Assembly (NCBI RefSeq): GCF_964213995.1
Contig: NW_027592097.1
Location: forward strand, 1 to 63,506
Length of the DNA: 63,506 nucleotides
Source: Mustelus asterias
Lineage: Eukaryota
Direction of reading: 5' to 3'
Every line of letters begins with the position of its first letter. The first letter of the stretch is position 1. Under the pieces are notes generated by a model. The model ran no database searches. It saw only the letters and a program-made list of their open reading frames with translations, and was not told where the DNA came from. Both the position numbers and the translations under genes were made by a program. This document shows positions 1 through 13,872 of the stretch, piece after piece.

Positions 1-2346
1 CCCTATCTCTTCATCCAATTACAACCACACCCTCTCCAGTTTGTTTTCCAGTATTTGAGTAACAGTAGTGATATTACCAAATTAAAATTATTATAATTCC
101 TTGTTTTCCTGCCTTTTCTTTAAATGGCCAATCGATCAGGAGTCTTTGGAACTTTCTTCCTGAAAAGGCAGTGGAAGACGAGTCTTTGAATATTTTTAAG
201 GCAGAGGTGGATAGATTCTTGGTAAGAAAGGAGGTTATAGGTTCCCGGAATCAAAGAATCTCGACAGTGCAGAAGACGCCATTCAACCCATCGAGCCTGC
301 ACTGATTCTCTGACAGAGTATCCCACCCAGGCCTGGAGCACCCGGAGGAAACCCACACAGACACAGGGAGAACATGCAAACTCCACACAGTCACCCAAGG
401 CCGAAATTGAACCCTGGGTCCCTGGAGCTATGAGGCAGCAATGCTAACCACTGTGCCACCATGCCGCCCAGGTTATGGTGTGAAAGTGGCATGCAGATTT
501 GAGGTGACTAAGAGGTCAGCCACGATCTTATTAAATGACAGCGCAAACTCGAGGGGCCAAATGGCCAACATTATATGTTGGTATAATTGAAGTCACCCAT
601 TATTATGGTTGTCACTTGTCCATATTTTCCAATTAATCTATATATTTCCTACTCCACCTGGAGCACAAGACAATGATGATACTTCACACGGTTCATCAGA
701 GATCTCATTCCCTGTCCACTAACCATTTAATAAAAAGTGGAATGGAATAAAATCCTTAAAATTAACCCAATGAACGTTAACAATCTCATGTTTCTTGGCA
801 ACAGAAAGTGATTGTCAACCATTTTAAACCATAAAACTGATGCAGTCAGTAAAATTATCAATTTATATTCAATATTTCTGGCAGTCCCATGGTATGATCT
901 TTAACCCACCTATATGTGATGCTATTGTCCACACCTGCATTCCAGTGCTTTGGTAAACCAGTTGCATGTCAAGTATTCATCCCACTAATTAAAAGCTAAA
1001 ATATATTCTAAATGTAGGTTAGGGGGATTCGCGGGGTAAATACATGGGGTTACGGGGATAGGGGCTTGGGTAGAATGCTCTGTCGGAGAGTCGGTGCAAA
1101 CCCGATGGGCCAAATGACCTCCTTCTGCACTGTAAGGATTCTATGATTCTACCAGTCCTGCTCTCTCTGTATGATACTGACCAATGTTCATTATATTGGA
1201 CATGAAGGCACATTAATAAAGAGCAATATTTTGCCATTACTGATTTCTCTGTCAAGAGTTCTGCTGGTCAAACCATAATCAAAAACTGCATATATGGGTC
1301 TGAATTTTCAGTAGGAGAGTCAGTGGAGGATGCATCCCTGCTGACTCTGACAGGCCCGTTGTCATATCACACTCAAGTGAGTCTTGATTGGCAGTAAGTT
1401 GGATTTCTGCCGCACATGGAAAGATTTCCTCCCTTGGAAGGCTGTTGGCCAATTAGATTGGCCAACAGCTCTCCAGCCCATCCAGGCACGGCGCTGCAGT
1501 GGCCAGAAGAGGTACTGCAGCGCCATGCCAGAGACTACAGCTGGAATTCTCCGGCCATTCATGCCCACCGCCGCTGCCAGAGTGGACTGAGAACTTGGCG
1601 CTCAGCCAAATCTCCGCTCATTGCAGTGGGACCAGAGAATCCCATCGGCATGAATGGCTGGAAAATTCCAGCTTAAGTCCTGGGAACCGTAGTTCTGGTA
1701 GGTGCCAGGGGTCCCAGAGAGGAGAATGTATAGATTGCCCTGGGTAGAGTGGTTGGGGGGGGGGGGGGGGGGGGCGGGAGGGGGGTGGCAATTTCGCTGT
1801 CAAGATGTAGGCTGGATGGGGGAAGTGCGGAGGGAGGGCCGAAGTCATCATTCAATTGAGGCTGGTGGGCAAAGGCCCTGAAGTGGCCATTAAGTGGTCA
1901 CTCAATGGGGCTTGGGTGGGCTTGCTATCCGAAGCCCTATCCAGTCCTACTGTAAAATGGTGTCCGGATCAGGGTGGGCGGGAATCCTGTCCGTGCTATT
2001 TTACATTCCCCTAGTCAGCCAATTTTAAGAAAAACATATGTGACTTTGCTTCATACAGCTGGAAGCCAAATCCATCTGATAGCTGTGATCAATTTACAGA
2101 ACTCAATCCCAAAACAGCGACAGAATACAGGACCTGGCATTTAACCCTGCCAATTTCAGTAAGTGATTGGACAAAGGACAAAGGCTTCCTTTGAAGGAAA
2201 CACAATCACCTGGCTTTTAATTCTGATTTGAAAGAATATTGCAAGTAGTTTTTCATAAGTAAAACAATACAATGCTCTCAATTGTGAAGCCAGACGGTCT
2301 ACGTGCTTTTGATTTATTGAGAGTAAATGGGCATGGGTTTGGTTTC

Positions 2347-4350
2347 CATAACATCACTGGAGACATGACAAGGAGGGACGGGCAAGCTCTGCATGATGGT
2401 ATCTGCCATGTTTGAGCCAGACTTTTCCATGCTCCTTAAGGGTGGTAAGTGGCAGCCTGGCAGACCAGCCTGTGCACCCAGCACCAAGGTGTGCATGCCC
2501 ATCAGAACTCTGCTGTCCCATCATGGTCTTCACCTGAATCCTCTGCGGCAGAACTCAACCGTGACCTCGCCTTCTGGTGAGCTTCATCAATCATCCTTTC
2601 CCCCTGGCCTGGCTGCATCCTACTCATGCCTGTTGACTCATCACTTATCGATCAATCTCAATACAGTGCAGTGCAGTGCCACTGTCTGAACTGGTGGCTG
2701 TGACCAAGTGATGGGGCCTCTTCGTCAAAGCTTTCCTGTTGCTCTCCCTCTTCATCCAGGGGCTGCCGTGACTGGGTTGCTGATAGTTCTTGGGTGTCCA
2801 AAAACGGAAAATCAGAAGGGAAGGGTTTGGTGCAAAGAAAGGGCGGCATGTGCCACCAGTGCTAACCATGGTGGCACAGTGGTTAGCACTGCTGCCTCAC
2901 AGCACCAGGAACTTCTGGCCTCGGGTCACTGTCTTGTGTGGAGTTTGTACGTTCTCCCCGTGTCTGTGTGTTCTGGTTTCCTCCCACAGTCCAAAGATGC
3001 GCGGGTTAGGTTGATTGGCCATGCTAAATTGCCACTTAGTGACAGGGGGAATTACCAGGGTTAAAATGTGGGGTTGCGGGAATAGGGCCTGGGTGGGATG
3101 GTGGTCGGTGCAGACTCGATGGGCAAAATGGCCTCCTTTTGCACTGTAGGGATTCTATGATTCTATAAAAGTGGAATGTGAAGGAAGATGTCTGTGGTCA
3201 CATCAGCAGCAACCTGCCCATCGTGCCAAATCTCAGGATGAGTGTCCACTAGAAGTTGAGAAGGGGCATAAGGCAGGAACACATCATTAGTCTCGATGTT
3301 CTCAGCGATAACTGTTGACATGGGCTCTGCGACAGCTTGCCTCACAATGCTGAGGGCCTTATCCTCCATAGGGTTCAGGAGATGCAGGTGGCCTTGACTC
3401 CTAACAATTCTGCTTTGCTCCATTCTATTGTGGTGCTACCTTGTCCTGCAAGAAAGATGGCACTGTATTTAGAACAAAGAACTAAGAGATGAAAGGAAAC
3501 TACAGCACAGGAACAGGCCCTTTGGCCCTCCAAGCCCGCACCGACCTCGCTGTCCATCTGAACTAAAAACCCCACTATCAGTGATGAGGGTGATGTGCCT
3601 ACCATAGCTGAATATGGTAGCCAATGAGTGGTGGGTGTGAGGTTGGCAGCATTGGTGGGTATGAGCCCTGGGTATCAAGAACTGCTGCTGGGTAAATATA
3701 GAAATTGTGGTGCTATGAATGGCCTGAGAGTTTGGTAGTGCGGTGGGAAGAGATGTCATGTGAAGTGGCATTCACTGGCATTGGCCATCCAAGTGAGTTC
3801 ATTAGACTTCTTGTGGCATCATTGCCTTAAGGATAGATGTTAAGAATTGACATCCCAAGCATTCTACCCACTCTCCATTCTGAGGATGTTCCGTGAAGTC
3901 TTCCTTCTTTCCATGACACCATGATATTTCTCCCTCTGTCCACCTCCACCATTAGTGCCTCCCGTGCCAAATCCATCATGACAGAACCCTGGTCTTCCAT
4001 TTTTTATGTTGTAAATTGTAGCCATATCATTCAGTGCAACTTTTTTAAAGAGAGACAGCGTGCCTTTAGAACAGAAGGCTGACTATACTATGTACTATTC
4101 ACACAATGTTGCACAGCCCCCACATGGTGCAGAGGCAGCCAGCACTGCACTGCTTGGCCCTGCACTGATATCGTGGCAATGAGATTGCAGCACCAAATCT
4201 ACACGAAGCTCACCTCCAATGAAACCAGCAGGGGCAAGTTGCAAACCGCAACCCCTGCTACCAAAAGCCGTGTAAGTCAAATCGCAGGTCACCATGTCTG
4301 CTGGTATCAAGGCTAATTGTGTCCATTCTCTATTATTTACTTCTACTAAC
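2347..4350 (-). mobile_element. Degenerate PIF/Harbinger-like element (Myb/SANT-like ORF remnants)
   Basis: Minus-strand fragments EALMVEVDR (about 3935-3960), *CHKKSNEL (about 3795-3822, compare QCxKKxNDL) and LNPMEDKALSIV (ORF 3163-3423). Confidence 0.45.
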
Positions 4351-5036
4351 TGGATTCCCACAAATCATAGAATCCCTACAGTGCAGAAGGAGGCCATTCG
4401 GCCCATTGGGTCTGTACCGAACACAATCCCATCCAGACCCTACTCCCGTAACCCCTTATATTGGGGCCAATCACCCTGGCACCAGGGTTGATTTAGCATA
4501 GCCAATCAACCTAACCCGCACATCTTTGGACTGTGTGAGGAAACCGGAACACCCGGAGGAAACCCACGCAGAATGGGGAGAATGTGCAAACTCTACACAG
4601 ACAGTTACCCGAGGCCGGAATCGAACCCGGGTCCCTGGCGCTGTGAGGCAGCAGTGCTAACCACTGTGCCACCGTGCTGCCTGGGTAGTTTGTTTCATTA
4701 CTCTAGAAGGGTTTATTCCTTTAGGTGATTTGCAGTCTTTGAAGATTTCTTGCTTGCTGTTAACTGGCCTATCACGGTTCACTTTCCTCCACATTTTGGA
4801 CAGTGCCCTTCGTCAGTAAAGACCGAGGGATTTACAAGTCTTTTCAATTGAAGTAGAAGAATGGGAGGGAACAAGAGAGGAGGAAAATGTAGGAGGACAG
4901 AGCGGTCCCCCCACCATGGCTCTCGCTTAACCTTGACACAAAATCACTCTTGCGGCATTAGTGAGATCAAACCAATTTCGAACTAAATTATCCACATTTA
5001 TTGATCTTGAACCTCTTGCCATTTTCCTCTTCTCAG

Positions 5037-5177
5037 GGGTGGTTTGCTGGAAGAAACTTGGCAGTTTCTCAGGTCACAACTGAATACCTCGTTTGGGTGG
5101 ATGAAGACTTTTTATTCACAAAGGATACAAAATTAGAAAAACTGTTGGCAGTATTGGAAAACACAAACTTGGACGTG
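5037..5177 (+). CDS. B4GALNT2: B4GALNT2-like copy A exon with DxD motif (WVDEDF)
   Basis: tctcag|GGGTGG...GACGTG|gtaagt; 141 bp, the same length as copy B exon 30099-30239. Confidence 0.92.
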
Positions 5178-8100
5178 GTAAGTGTGGAAGTGGAGATAGT
5201 GAAGGCACGTATTTCACATATCTCAGTCTGATGAACATTTCAGCTTCATACATTCCAAAAATGAATTATTATTTGTATAGAAAATTTGGGGGGGTGGAGG
5301 CGTTGGTCTAGTGGTATTATCGTTAGACTATTAATCCAGAAACTCAGCTAATGTTCTGGGGACCCGAGTTCAAATCCCGCAACAGCAGATGGTGGAATTT
5401 GAATTCAATAAAAAATATCTGGAATTAAGATTCTACTGATGACCATGAAACCATTGCCAATTGTTGGAAAAACCCATCTGGTTCACTAATGTCCTTTAGG
5501 GAAGGAAATTCCTGGTCTGGCCTACATGTGACTCCAGCACCACAGCAATGAGGTTGACTCTACACTGCCCTCCAAGGGCAACTAGGGATGGGCAATAAAT
5601 ACTGGCCAGCCTGTGATGCCCATGTCCCATGAATGAATTTAAAAAAAGATTTATCTATCGATGTTATGTTGATTTTTTTTGAGGCCACACAAATGATTTC
5701 CACCTATCGCCTTGCAGTTCAAAGTCATCCCTAGAATGAGATGTGAAAAGAATTTAATAAAAGTTACTTTTGCCTCCCGAAAACTGATGAGTTTATCCCA
5801 GCTACTAGGCTAAAAAGATGAAATTCCAAAACTGGAGCTCAGCCTGCCTCAAATCCACTTTATCTCTCAGCAGAGGTGGGACAAGGGACTTGGTACAGGT
5901 AACCAATTCTCCTCAGGAAGAGATTGGTTATCTAGAGTCATAGAGATAGAGAGCAGATGGGCCGAATGGTCTTTTTCTGTGTGTTAAAAGCTGGAATGAA
6001 AACAATGCTGGAAATACTCAGCAAATCAGGCAATGTCTGTGGAGAGAAGTCTCACAATACCAGGTTAAAGTCCAACAGGTTTATTTGGTAGCACCATCTT
6101 TTGGGAGCGTTGCTCCTTCTTCAGGTGAGTGAAGAGTTGTGTTCACAAACAGGGCATACATAGACACAGACTCAATTTACAAGATAATGGTTGGAATGCG
6201 AGTCTTTACAGGTAATCAAGTCTTTACAGGTACAGACAATGTGAGTGGAGAGAGGGTTAAGCAAAGGTTAAAGAGGTGTGAATTGTCTCAAGCCGGGGAT
6301 GTCCTTTTCGGACAAAGGTGGAGATTTTTTTCTCTCTGAGGGTCAAGCGATTTTGGAACTCTCTGCTTCAGAAGGCAGTGGAAGCGGGTCACTGAATATT
6401 TTTAAGTCGGAGGTAGATAGCTTCTTGTTAGGTAAGGGAATCAAAGGTTAATGGGGGGCCCAATGGGGGACGTGGAACTCAACACAAACAGAACAACCGT
6501 GATCTTATTGAATGAGCTCAAGGGACCAAATGGCCTACTATTTTGTGTGTTCGTATGTAAAAACATCTGTTTCTATAAACTTGCCCAAGAGAGGAGAAGA
6601 TAGACCCTGGTGTTCATTAAAAAAAAATAAAGAGACAATATACAACTTCTCAAATAACCAAGAAATATAATTTTTCATAGGTTGGTGCCTCAGTGAATGG
6701 TAATCGATTCCACTTTAGGCTGTGGCATGAAAAAGGAAATGAGGATGATGGAGAATGCTTATTTTCCAAGCCTGGTGGCTTTTATACACTGGATGGGTTT
6801 CCAAACTGTGTGATAACCAGTGGTGTGGTGAACTTCTTCATGGCCAGGACAGAAAAGATACTGAGTGTTGGATTCGATCCTCGATTGGCAAGGGTAGCTC
6901 ACTCCGGTAAATGAACCATTCAATTGTCCTGCCCCAATGTTAATGATGCTACTGGATGCTGATATTCAGGTTTTATTCAGATTTGTTAGTCTTCCAGTCT
7001 AGGTAACAATCTTAGGAATCTCAAAGGTACCATGAACTGGGGACAGGATTTCATGAAAAGTTGGGGGCGGTGGTGAACAGGAGAGGTTCAGGCCTGGAAT
7101 TTCCCGCCACTGACTGGCTAATGTGTTTGTTCTTGGCATGGTCCAGAGACCTGGACAACATCGGCATCTCCACATCTTTCACTAAGCCAGGTTGGGTCCA
7201 GAAAGTAAGCTGCCCACAAGCAGCAGGTAGACAATTGAGCCAGTTAAGAACCATATTGAGGCCTCTCTCCTGTACCGACTGGAAGTTTCCAGACAGTAAA
7301 CGGACCCCTACAGTAGCTAAAACACAGTCAGAGAAAGTAAGTGGCTTCCCAGCTGCAGACCAGGATCTAACTCTCTGGATTACTTTTAAGCCACCAGGCT
7401 CCCACCACCACCATCATATCTACACTACTGCCCAATGATGAAAAATGATCAAACCTGCAGCCTCAGCCCACTCTATCGAGGGGCTCCATCCCCCACATTG
7501 TGCTCATTTTTACTTCCATACGGTTTTAAAGTGCTCAGAGCGCCCGCCATATTGAGACACCTCTCTCTCACTTACCTGCAATGATAGTCTCATGGCTGCG
7601 GTCCCTTCTATTGGCCCTTCAGCATCACTCATTGTACTTAACTGGACAGGAAGCACACCCTCTCATCATCAAGTGACCAGTCCTACAAAAATTATTTATT
7701 TATTTTTCATGAGATGTGGGTGTTGCTGGCTAGAAAAAAAGGATAAACCCTGCAAATATAGTTTGATCAGTTTAGCATTTGTGGCGGGGAAACATGTAAG
7801 GACAACAATCTGGGACAAAATTAATTGACATTGAGAAAAGTTTGGTCTAAGAAATGAAAGTCAACACAGAATGGTGCATCGGAGGGGCTCTACTTAGGCT
7901 GAGTTGACTGACCAGGCCGAGCTTGCTTCATTCCCACTCTGCCTCATCCTTGATCACACACAGTGCAACCTCGGCCCCTGATTGGAGGAGATATTGGGGT
8001 CTTGAAAACATTAAGTAGACAAGTCCTCAGGTCTTGATGGGATATACCCCAGAATACTGGGAGAGGCAAGGGAGGAAATTGCTGGGGCCTTGAGAGAAAT

Positions 8101-10271
8101 CTTTAGATTCTTACTGGCGATAGGGGAGGTCCCTGAGGATTGGAGAAGAGCCAATGTTGTTCCTTTGTTTAAGAAGGGTAGCAAGGATAATCCAGGTAAT
8201 TACAGGTCGGTGAGCCTTATGTCAGTGGTAGGGAAATTATTGTAGAGGATTCTTCAAGACAGGATTTACACCCACTTGGAAATGAGTGGCCATATTAGCG
8301 AGAGGCAACATGGTTTTGTGAAGGGGAGGTCATGTCTCACTAACTTGATCGAGTTTTTCAAGGAAGTGACGAAAATGATTGATGAGGGTAGGGCAGTGGA
8401 TGCTGTCTACATGGACTTCAGTAAGGCCTTTGACAAGGTCCCTCAAGGCAGAAGGTGAAGTCGCATGGGACCAGAGGTGAGCTGGCAAGATGGATACTGG
8501 CTCGGTCATAGAAGACAGAGGATAGCAGTGGAAAGGTGCGTTTCTGAATGGAGGGCTGTGACCAGTAGCGTTCCTCAGGGATCAGCCTTTGCTATTTGTA
8601 ATATATATAAATGATTTGGAGGGCAATGTAACTGGTTTGATTCGTAAGTTTGCGAACGACACAAGGGTTGGTGGAATTGCAGAGAGCGATGAGGACCATC
8701 AGAGGATACAGCAGGATATAGATATAGATCGGTTGTAGACTTGGGCGGAGAGATGGTAGATGGAGTTTAATCCGGACAAATGTGAGTTAATGCATTTTAG
8801 AAGGTCTAGTACAGATGGGAAATTTACAGTAAATGGCAGAATCCTTAAGAGTATTGATAGGCAGAGGGATCTGGGTGTACAGGTACACAGGTCACTGAAA
8901 CTGGCAATGCAGGTGGAGAAGGTAGTCAAGAAGGCATACGGCATGCTTGCCTTCATCGGCCGGAGCATTGAGTTTAAAAATTGGCAAGTCATGTTGCAGC
9001 TTTATAGAACCTTATTTAGGCCGCACTTGGAATATAGTGTTCAATTCTGGTCAGAAGGATGTGTAGGCTTTGGAGAGGGTACAGAAAAGATTTACCAGGA
9101 TGTTGTCTGCTATGGAGGGCATTAGCTATGAGCAGAAGTTGGTGAAACTTGGTTTGATCTCACTGGAACGACAGAGGTTGAGGGGCGACCTGATAGAAGT
9201 CTATAAGATTATAGGGGGCATGGACAGGGTGGATAGTCAAAAGTTTTTTCCCAGGGTGGAAGAGTCAATTACTAGGGGGCATAGGTTTAAGGTGCAAGGA
9301 GCAATGTTTAAAGGAAATGTATGAGGCAAGATTTTTGCATAGAGAGTGGTGGGTACCTGGAATTCGCTGCCGTGGGAGGTAGTGGAAGCAGATACAATAG
9401 TGACTTTTAAAGGGCGTCTGGACAAATATATTAATAGGATGGGAATAGAAGGATATGGCCCCCGGAAGGATAGGGGGTTTTAGTTCAGATGGGCAGAATG
9501 GTCGGTGCAGGCTTGGAGGGCCGAAGGGCCTGTTCCTGTGTTGTAATTTTCTTTGTTCTTTGTTCTGATCGCCTCCAGTTGCCTCTTCCCACTGAATGCA
9601 GGGACTGTTGCTATGGGCCCAACCGAAAATGTCCAACTCCCAATCACAGACCAGCTGAGTGGACCTCACCGGGTGTCTGGCGGGGCTCTGGGAACCTTTA
9701 TACAAATGGGTTTGTGCTGTTAAGATCAGTCAGGTCCCCACACAACAGCCTGTTTGAGGCTCACACACACCATTCCACACATTTTAAAATCGGGAACAAC
9801 ATTTTAAAATACAAAAGGTGGATCACAGCCAAAACTAAAACTTAATGAAGTTAGCTTAGTATATATCTGACGATTGAGTTTATCAATAGGACATTTCCCA
9901 TAGGACATTTAATGGATGGAGATTTCATGACAGTATGGATTTATATGGGGTGTATGAGAAAACTGGGCTTGATGGATTGATTGTAATTTTATAACTAAGC
10001 TTCATTTTTATATCATATCAATGATTTTACCAACAAAATTGAATTTCAATTCTTCCTAGAGTTTTTCATTGATGGTCTTGGCAGACTGCTTGTGGGATCA
10101 TGCAATGATGTCACCGTCGGTCATCAGGCGAAGACAAAGCAAACAAATGATTCCGTGAAAGCAGTTGAACAAAAATATGCAAAGTTTAGACAGCCCACTA
10201 AACATGACAGAGAGTACAAACTTGCTCTACATTATTTCAAAAACCACTTGAAATGTTACACCCAGATTTAG
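5037..10271 (+). CDS. B4GALNT2: B4GALNT2-like beta-1,4-N-acetylgalactosaminyltransferase, copy A (3' part only; exons 5037-5177, 6681-6906, 10060-10271)
   Basis: Three AG/GT-bounded, phase-compatible exons translate to [25 protein letters not shown]... / [14 protein letters not shown]...TSGVVNFF...[12 protein letters not shown] / EFFIDGLG...[17 protein letters not shown]. This matches the recalled B4GALNT2 C-terminus ([13 protein letters not shown]) better than B4GALNT1. Upstream exons were not found in the window. Confidence 0.88.
5296..5645 (+). mobile_element. Third tRNA-derived SINE family
   Basis: A box tggtctagtgg, B box gagttcaaatcc, A-rich end; reverse copy at 24770-25113 and fragments near 22945, 29852 and 49826. 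Confidence 0.75.
6045..6296 (-). mobile_element. Penelope-like element family 1, terminal-repeat fragment with degenerate hammerhead
   Basis: Shares the arm sequence with the palindromic copies; 6185-6295 is the reverse complement of 63400-63506. Confidence 0.7.
6681..6906 (+). CDS. B4GALNT2: B4GALNT2-like copy A penultimate exon
   Basis: tttcatag|GTTGGT...CACTCCG|gtaaat; VGASVNG...RVAHS. Confidence 0.92.
7975..9566 (+). mobile_element. CR1-clade LINE, 5'-truncated degenerate RT and 3' tail
   Basis: [64 protein letters not shown]; (ttgttct)n tail; frameshifts. Confidence 0.92.
10060..10271 (+). CDS. B4GALNT2: B4GALNT2-like copy A last coding exon
   Basis: ttcctag|AGTTTTTC...; (E)[17 protein letters not shown]...[12 protein letters not shown], then TAG. 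Confidence 0.92.
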
Positions 10272-10398
10272 GGCGGGATTTTCCAGCCTCGCTCTTCCCG
10301 AAACTGGAAAATCCCGCCCCAGTTCAACGGACCTTTCCATGGTCCGCCCCTCGCCCACTCCGATTCCTATGGCGGGCGGGATGGTAATGTTCTGGCCC
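10271..10398. mobile_element. MITE (GGGCNGGATTTT-type TIR)
   Basis: TA|gggcgggattttcc...ctggccc|TA. Relatives at 15340-15466, 21812-21933, 30511-30638, 47451-47510 and 53037-53126; a related subfamily at about 1540-1672, 18429-18564, 24535-24650, 41785-41892 and 51527-51683. Confidence 0.75.
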
Positions 10399-10839
10399 TA
10401 ATGCCTGTGGTTGAACACTACCTCACAGTTCCCACGTACACTAATAACACTAAGGCATACTTCATCACTCCCTCTCTCACCTCTCCACTTCCTTTACTCC
10501 CTCTATGTTGTGACGTTACTCCTTTGACATCCACTCCTGGATGAAGTGAAATTCCCTGCAATTAAACTTTTTTCAACTTCTTTCACTGAATTTGGGCTTC
10601 ACTGGTAAGGTCAGCGTTGTGTTGCACATCTCTAATTGAGAAGCCAGTGGTGAACCGCCTTCCTGAACTGCTGCAGTCCATCTTGTAAACTTTGGGAAAA
10701 TTGAAACTTTGATTCCTGCCACGAACAGCACCGCCTAGCCACCACTACCAACATCACACCCCCCACCGCCAACCACCTCCAGCCCCCCACCACCCCCACC
10801 CTCCCCACCCCCACACTAGTCTCAACCAAACTGTCCACA

Positions 10840-11480
10840 GACTTGGTGTTCTACTTGACCATAAGCTGAGCTTCTGACTACATATCCTGTCCATCACCAA
10901 GACCACCTGTATCCACTTCTGCTGCTTCACCAGCTGCTAAAACTCTCATCCCTCTCTGTGCTACCTCCAGACTTAACTATTCAAATACTCTCCAGACTGA
11001 TCTCCCACCTTCCCTAAACTTGAGCTTATCTGAAACTCTGTTGGCCATATTCTAACGTATGCCACATCCTGTTTACCCACCATCCCTGTGCCCATAAACA
11101 TATATTAGCTCCCGGTCCACAAATGCTTTAATTTTAAAATTCTCATCTTTGTTTTAAAATACCTCCATGGCTTCACCCTTTCCTATCCCTGTAAGTTCCT
11201 CCATCTAAACAATCCTCCAAGAATTTGAAGTTTCTCCAGCTCTGCCCTCTTGTTCATCCCCCACTCCCTTCCCCTCAAATTAGCAGACGTGCTTCAACTT
11301 TCTTATCCATTAGTTCTGGCATTCACTCTCTAGATTTCTCCTCTTTTGCATGCTCCTTAAAAGTCACTTGCCCTGATGTCTCCTGCTTTAGACTGGAGTC
11401 ACCTTTTGTTGGATAAAGTTCTTGTGAAGTGCCTTTTACTACACAGGCTGCTATACAAATGAAAATTGTTGTTGATGTCT
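10840..11480 (+). mobile_element. Degenerate L2-like LINE 3' region
   Basis: SRLNYSN-like, PIP.L..L.WLP-like and FKIL-like remnants; ctatacaaat...ttgttgttg tail. Confidence 0.55.
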
Positions 11481-12711
11481 GAATGCACTTCTTTGAAGCA
11501 CGTTGGGATGTCTCATTATGCTAAAGACACAAGGTGCTGTTATATTTAATTACCTTTGCACTCCATGCCACTTGATGTACTTTATGTTTAGAAAAAGCAC
11601 AGTGAATATTGGAGCTCAGAAGGAACCCTCTCAATGTTTTTCCAATATTCACGTCCTCATATCCTCATGATCCACTGCCACAGACCAAGGAAAATCTCTC
11701 CAAAACCCCAAGGCTTCAATGGCTAACTGCATACTTCACTGGTAATTATTCACAGTTGATCCCAGGTTGGAAGTGCAAGCAAGCTATTTTGCCATGGAGT
11801 GCAACTCAACCAAGCCCAATAATATTTTTTAATTTAATGTTCAGAGAGAAGCACTTTCCAGCAGAGGGTCAATGCAGTTGATTGGTTTGGGGAGCCCACA
11901 CTGATATTTCCTTTGTCTTCAAAAGGAATATATCTCAGTGGTCACACCCAACTGCTGCCCGCATTGAAATAGATGATGAAAATAAGATTGAGATCTTGAG
12001 AAGATCAGACCTACAGGTCTGTGTAGCTAAGTATTAAATCAGCCAGTGTTTTTCCTCACCTGACCCATTGTGAAATCACTGATAAAGGATTCTGAAACAC
12101 TAAATTATTGAGCGGAAAAAGAGAAAATAATGGAGTAAATCCAAAGATGGGCAGGTTAGATGATTTGGCCATGGTAAATTGCCCCTTATCATCCAAAGAT
12201 GTGTAGGTTAGATGGTAAATGTGTAGGATTGCAGGAATAGGGCAGGGGAGAGGGCCAGGGTAAATGCTCTGTCAGAGAGTCAGTGCAGGTACGATGGGCC
12301 GAATGGCCTCTTCTGCACTGTCGGAATTCTATGTAAGACTCTGGCTGATCACGCCTTGTGTAGTTATGTCATAGAGACAGTTGTGTAGGTTTTGTCTATT
12401 TAGTTCTTCGATAAGATTCTAGATGGAGACCCAGAAGGATCCTTAGTTCCGGCTTTGTAGGGTCATCTGTAAGCTTTCTCTTTAGCCTGCCTGGAAATCA
12501 GTTTTAATGAATATTATGCAATTTTTTTCGTACATGTCAAAAATAATTTTATCATGGCTTATTTTTGGTATTACACATTATTTGGGCATTGGGTAATATA
12601 ATGTTATTGAATTCTGCTGTCCCTATTTACCAACTTTTGAAAATGATGTGGTTGTTGTGAAATGTAAATTTGCACAGTAGAAAATTAAAATATTGAAAAT
12701 CTATTCTTTCA

Positions 12712-12717
12712 AATAAA
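12712..12717 (+). terminator. Candidate poly(A) signal of copy A
   Basis: AATAAA at the end of an AT-rich stretch, followed by T-rich sequence; position is inferred. Confidence 0.35.
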
Positions 12718-13550
12718 GTCTTTTCATGGTCAATCCTATACATGTTTCGATTTGAATCAAGAGAATTATTTCTATGTCTATGTTCCTGTTGATTCTTAAT
12801 TTGAGTAGCTTCCTCAATCAGAAGACTCCAAAGGGATGGATTTTATTAAAACAGATGAAAAGTATTAAAAGCAAACTACTTTAGATGCTGGAATCTGAAA
12901 CCAACAGAGAAAATGCTGGAAAATCTCAGCAGGTCTGGCAGCATCTGCAAGGAGAGAAAAGAGCTGACATTTCGAGTCCAGATGACCCTTTAATGAAGTC
13001 ACTGTGAAAATCCCCTGGTCGCCACACTCCTGTTCGGGTACACTGAGGGAGAATTTAGCATGACCAATGCATCTAACCAGCATATCTTCGGACTGTGGGA
13101 GGAAACCGGAGCACCCGGAGGAAACCCACGCAGGCACGGGGAGAACATGCAGACTCCACACAGACAGTGACCCAAGCTAGGAATCGAACCCGGGTCCCTC
13201 CCTGGCACTATGAGGCAGCAGTGCTAACCCACTGTGCCACCGTGCCACCCAAAGATGAAAAGTATTTATTTATTTAACCTTTACTTAACCAGTTGAGTCA
13301 ATTAAGAACAAATTCTCATTTACAGTGACAACATGGACAAGAGGCTAAGGCCACAGCAGCAGAAATTACAAACAAATCAGAACGCCAAAGTATGTCCTTA
13401 GACCAATAATAAAATTACCATGACAAACACGACAAACAAACCAAAGCAACACTCTACATTGACAATACGCAATCAAGTGCAATTCACTGAGGTTTAATGA
13501 GCATTATTTCAGGTTTTGAAGTAATACTTGCTCTTAAACATCCAATTTTA

Positions 13551-13872
13551 CTGTAAGAAATCTCACAACACCAGGCTAAAGTCCAACAGGTTTATTTGGT
13601 AACCATGAGCTTTCGGAGCGCTACTCCTTCATCAGGTGAGTGCCATGATGTGGAGATGCCAATGCCAGCATCTCCACATCATGGCTACCACCGACACCAC
13701 AAACTGCCGGCTCAAAGTGGAGAGGATCTCCAAGAAGATTGCGCATATCGAGACTCACTTGATGAAGGAGCAGTGCTCCAAAAGCTCATGATACCAAATA
13801 AACCTGTTGGACTTTAACCTGGTGTTGTGAGACTTGTTACTGTGCCCACCCCAGTCCAACGCCGGCATCTCC
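13551..13872. mobile_element. Palindromic Penelope-like family 1 insertion with ORF-start fragment
   Basis: Inverted arms; flanking direct repeat acatccaatttta (13538-13550, 13873-13885); internal ATG at 13681 reads MATTDTTNCRLKVERISKKIAHIET. Confidence 0.75.
13604..13639 (-). ncRNA. Minimal type-I hammerhead ribozyme motif
   Basis: Minus strand: TCAC-CTGATGA-A-GGAGT/AGC/GCTCC-GAAA-GCTC-ATG. Confidence 0.6.

Noticed and set aside
5095-5110. DED instead of DDD as an inactivating change
   Set aside because: The DxD pattern is retained and is shared by both intact paralogues
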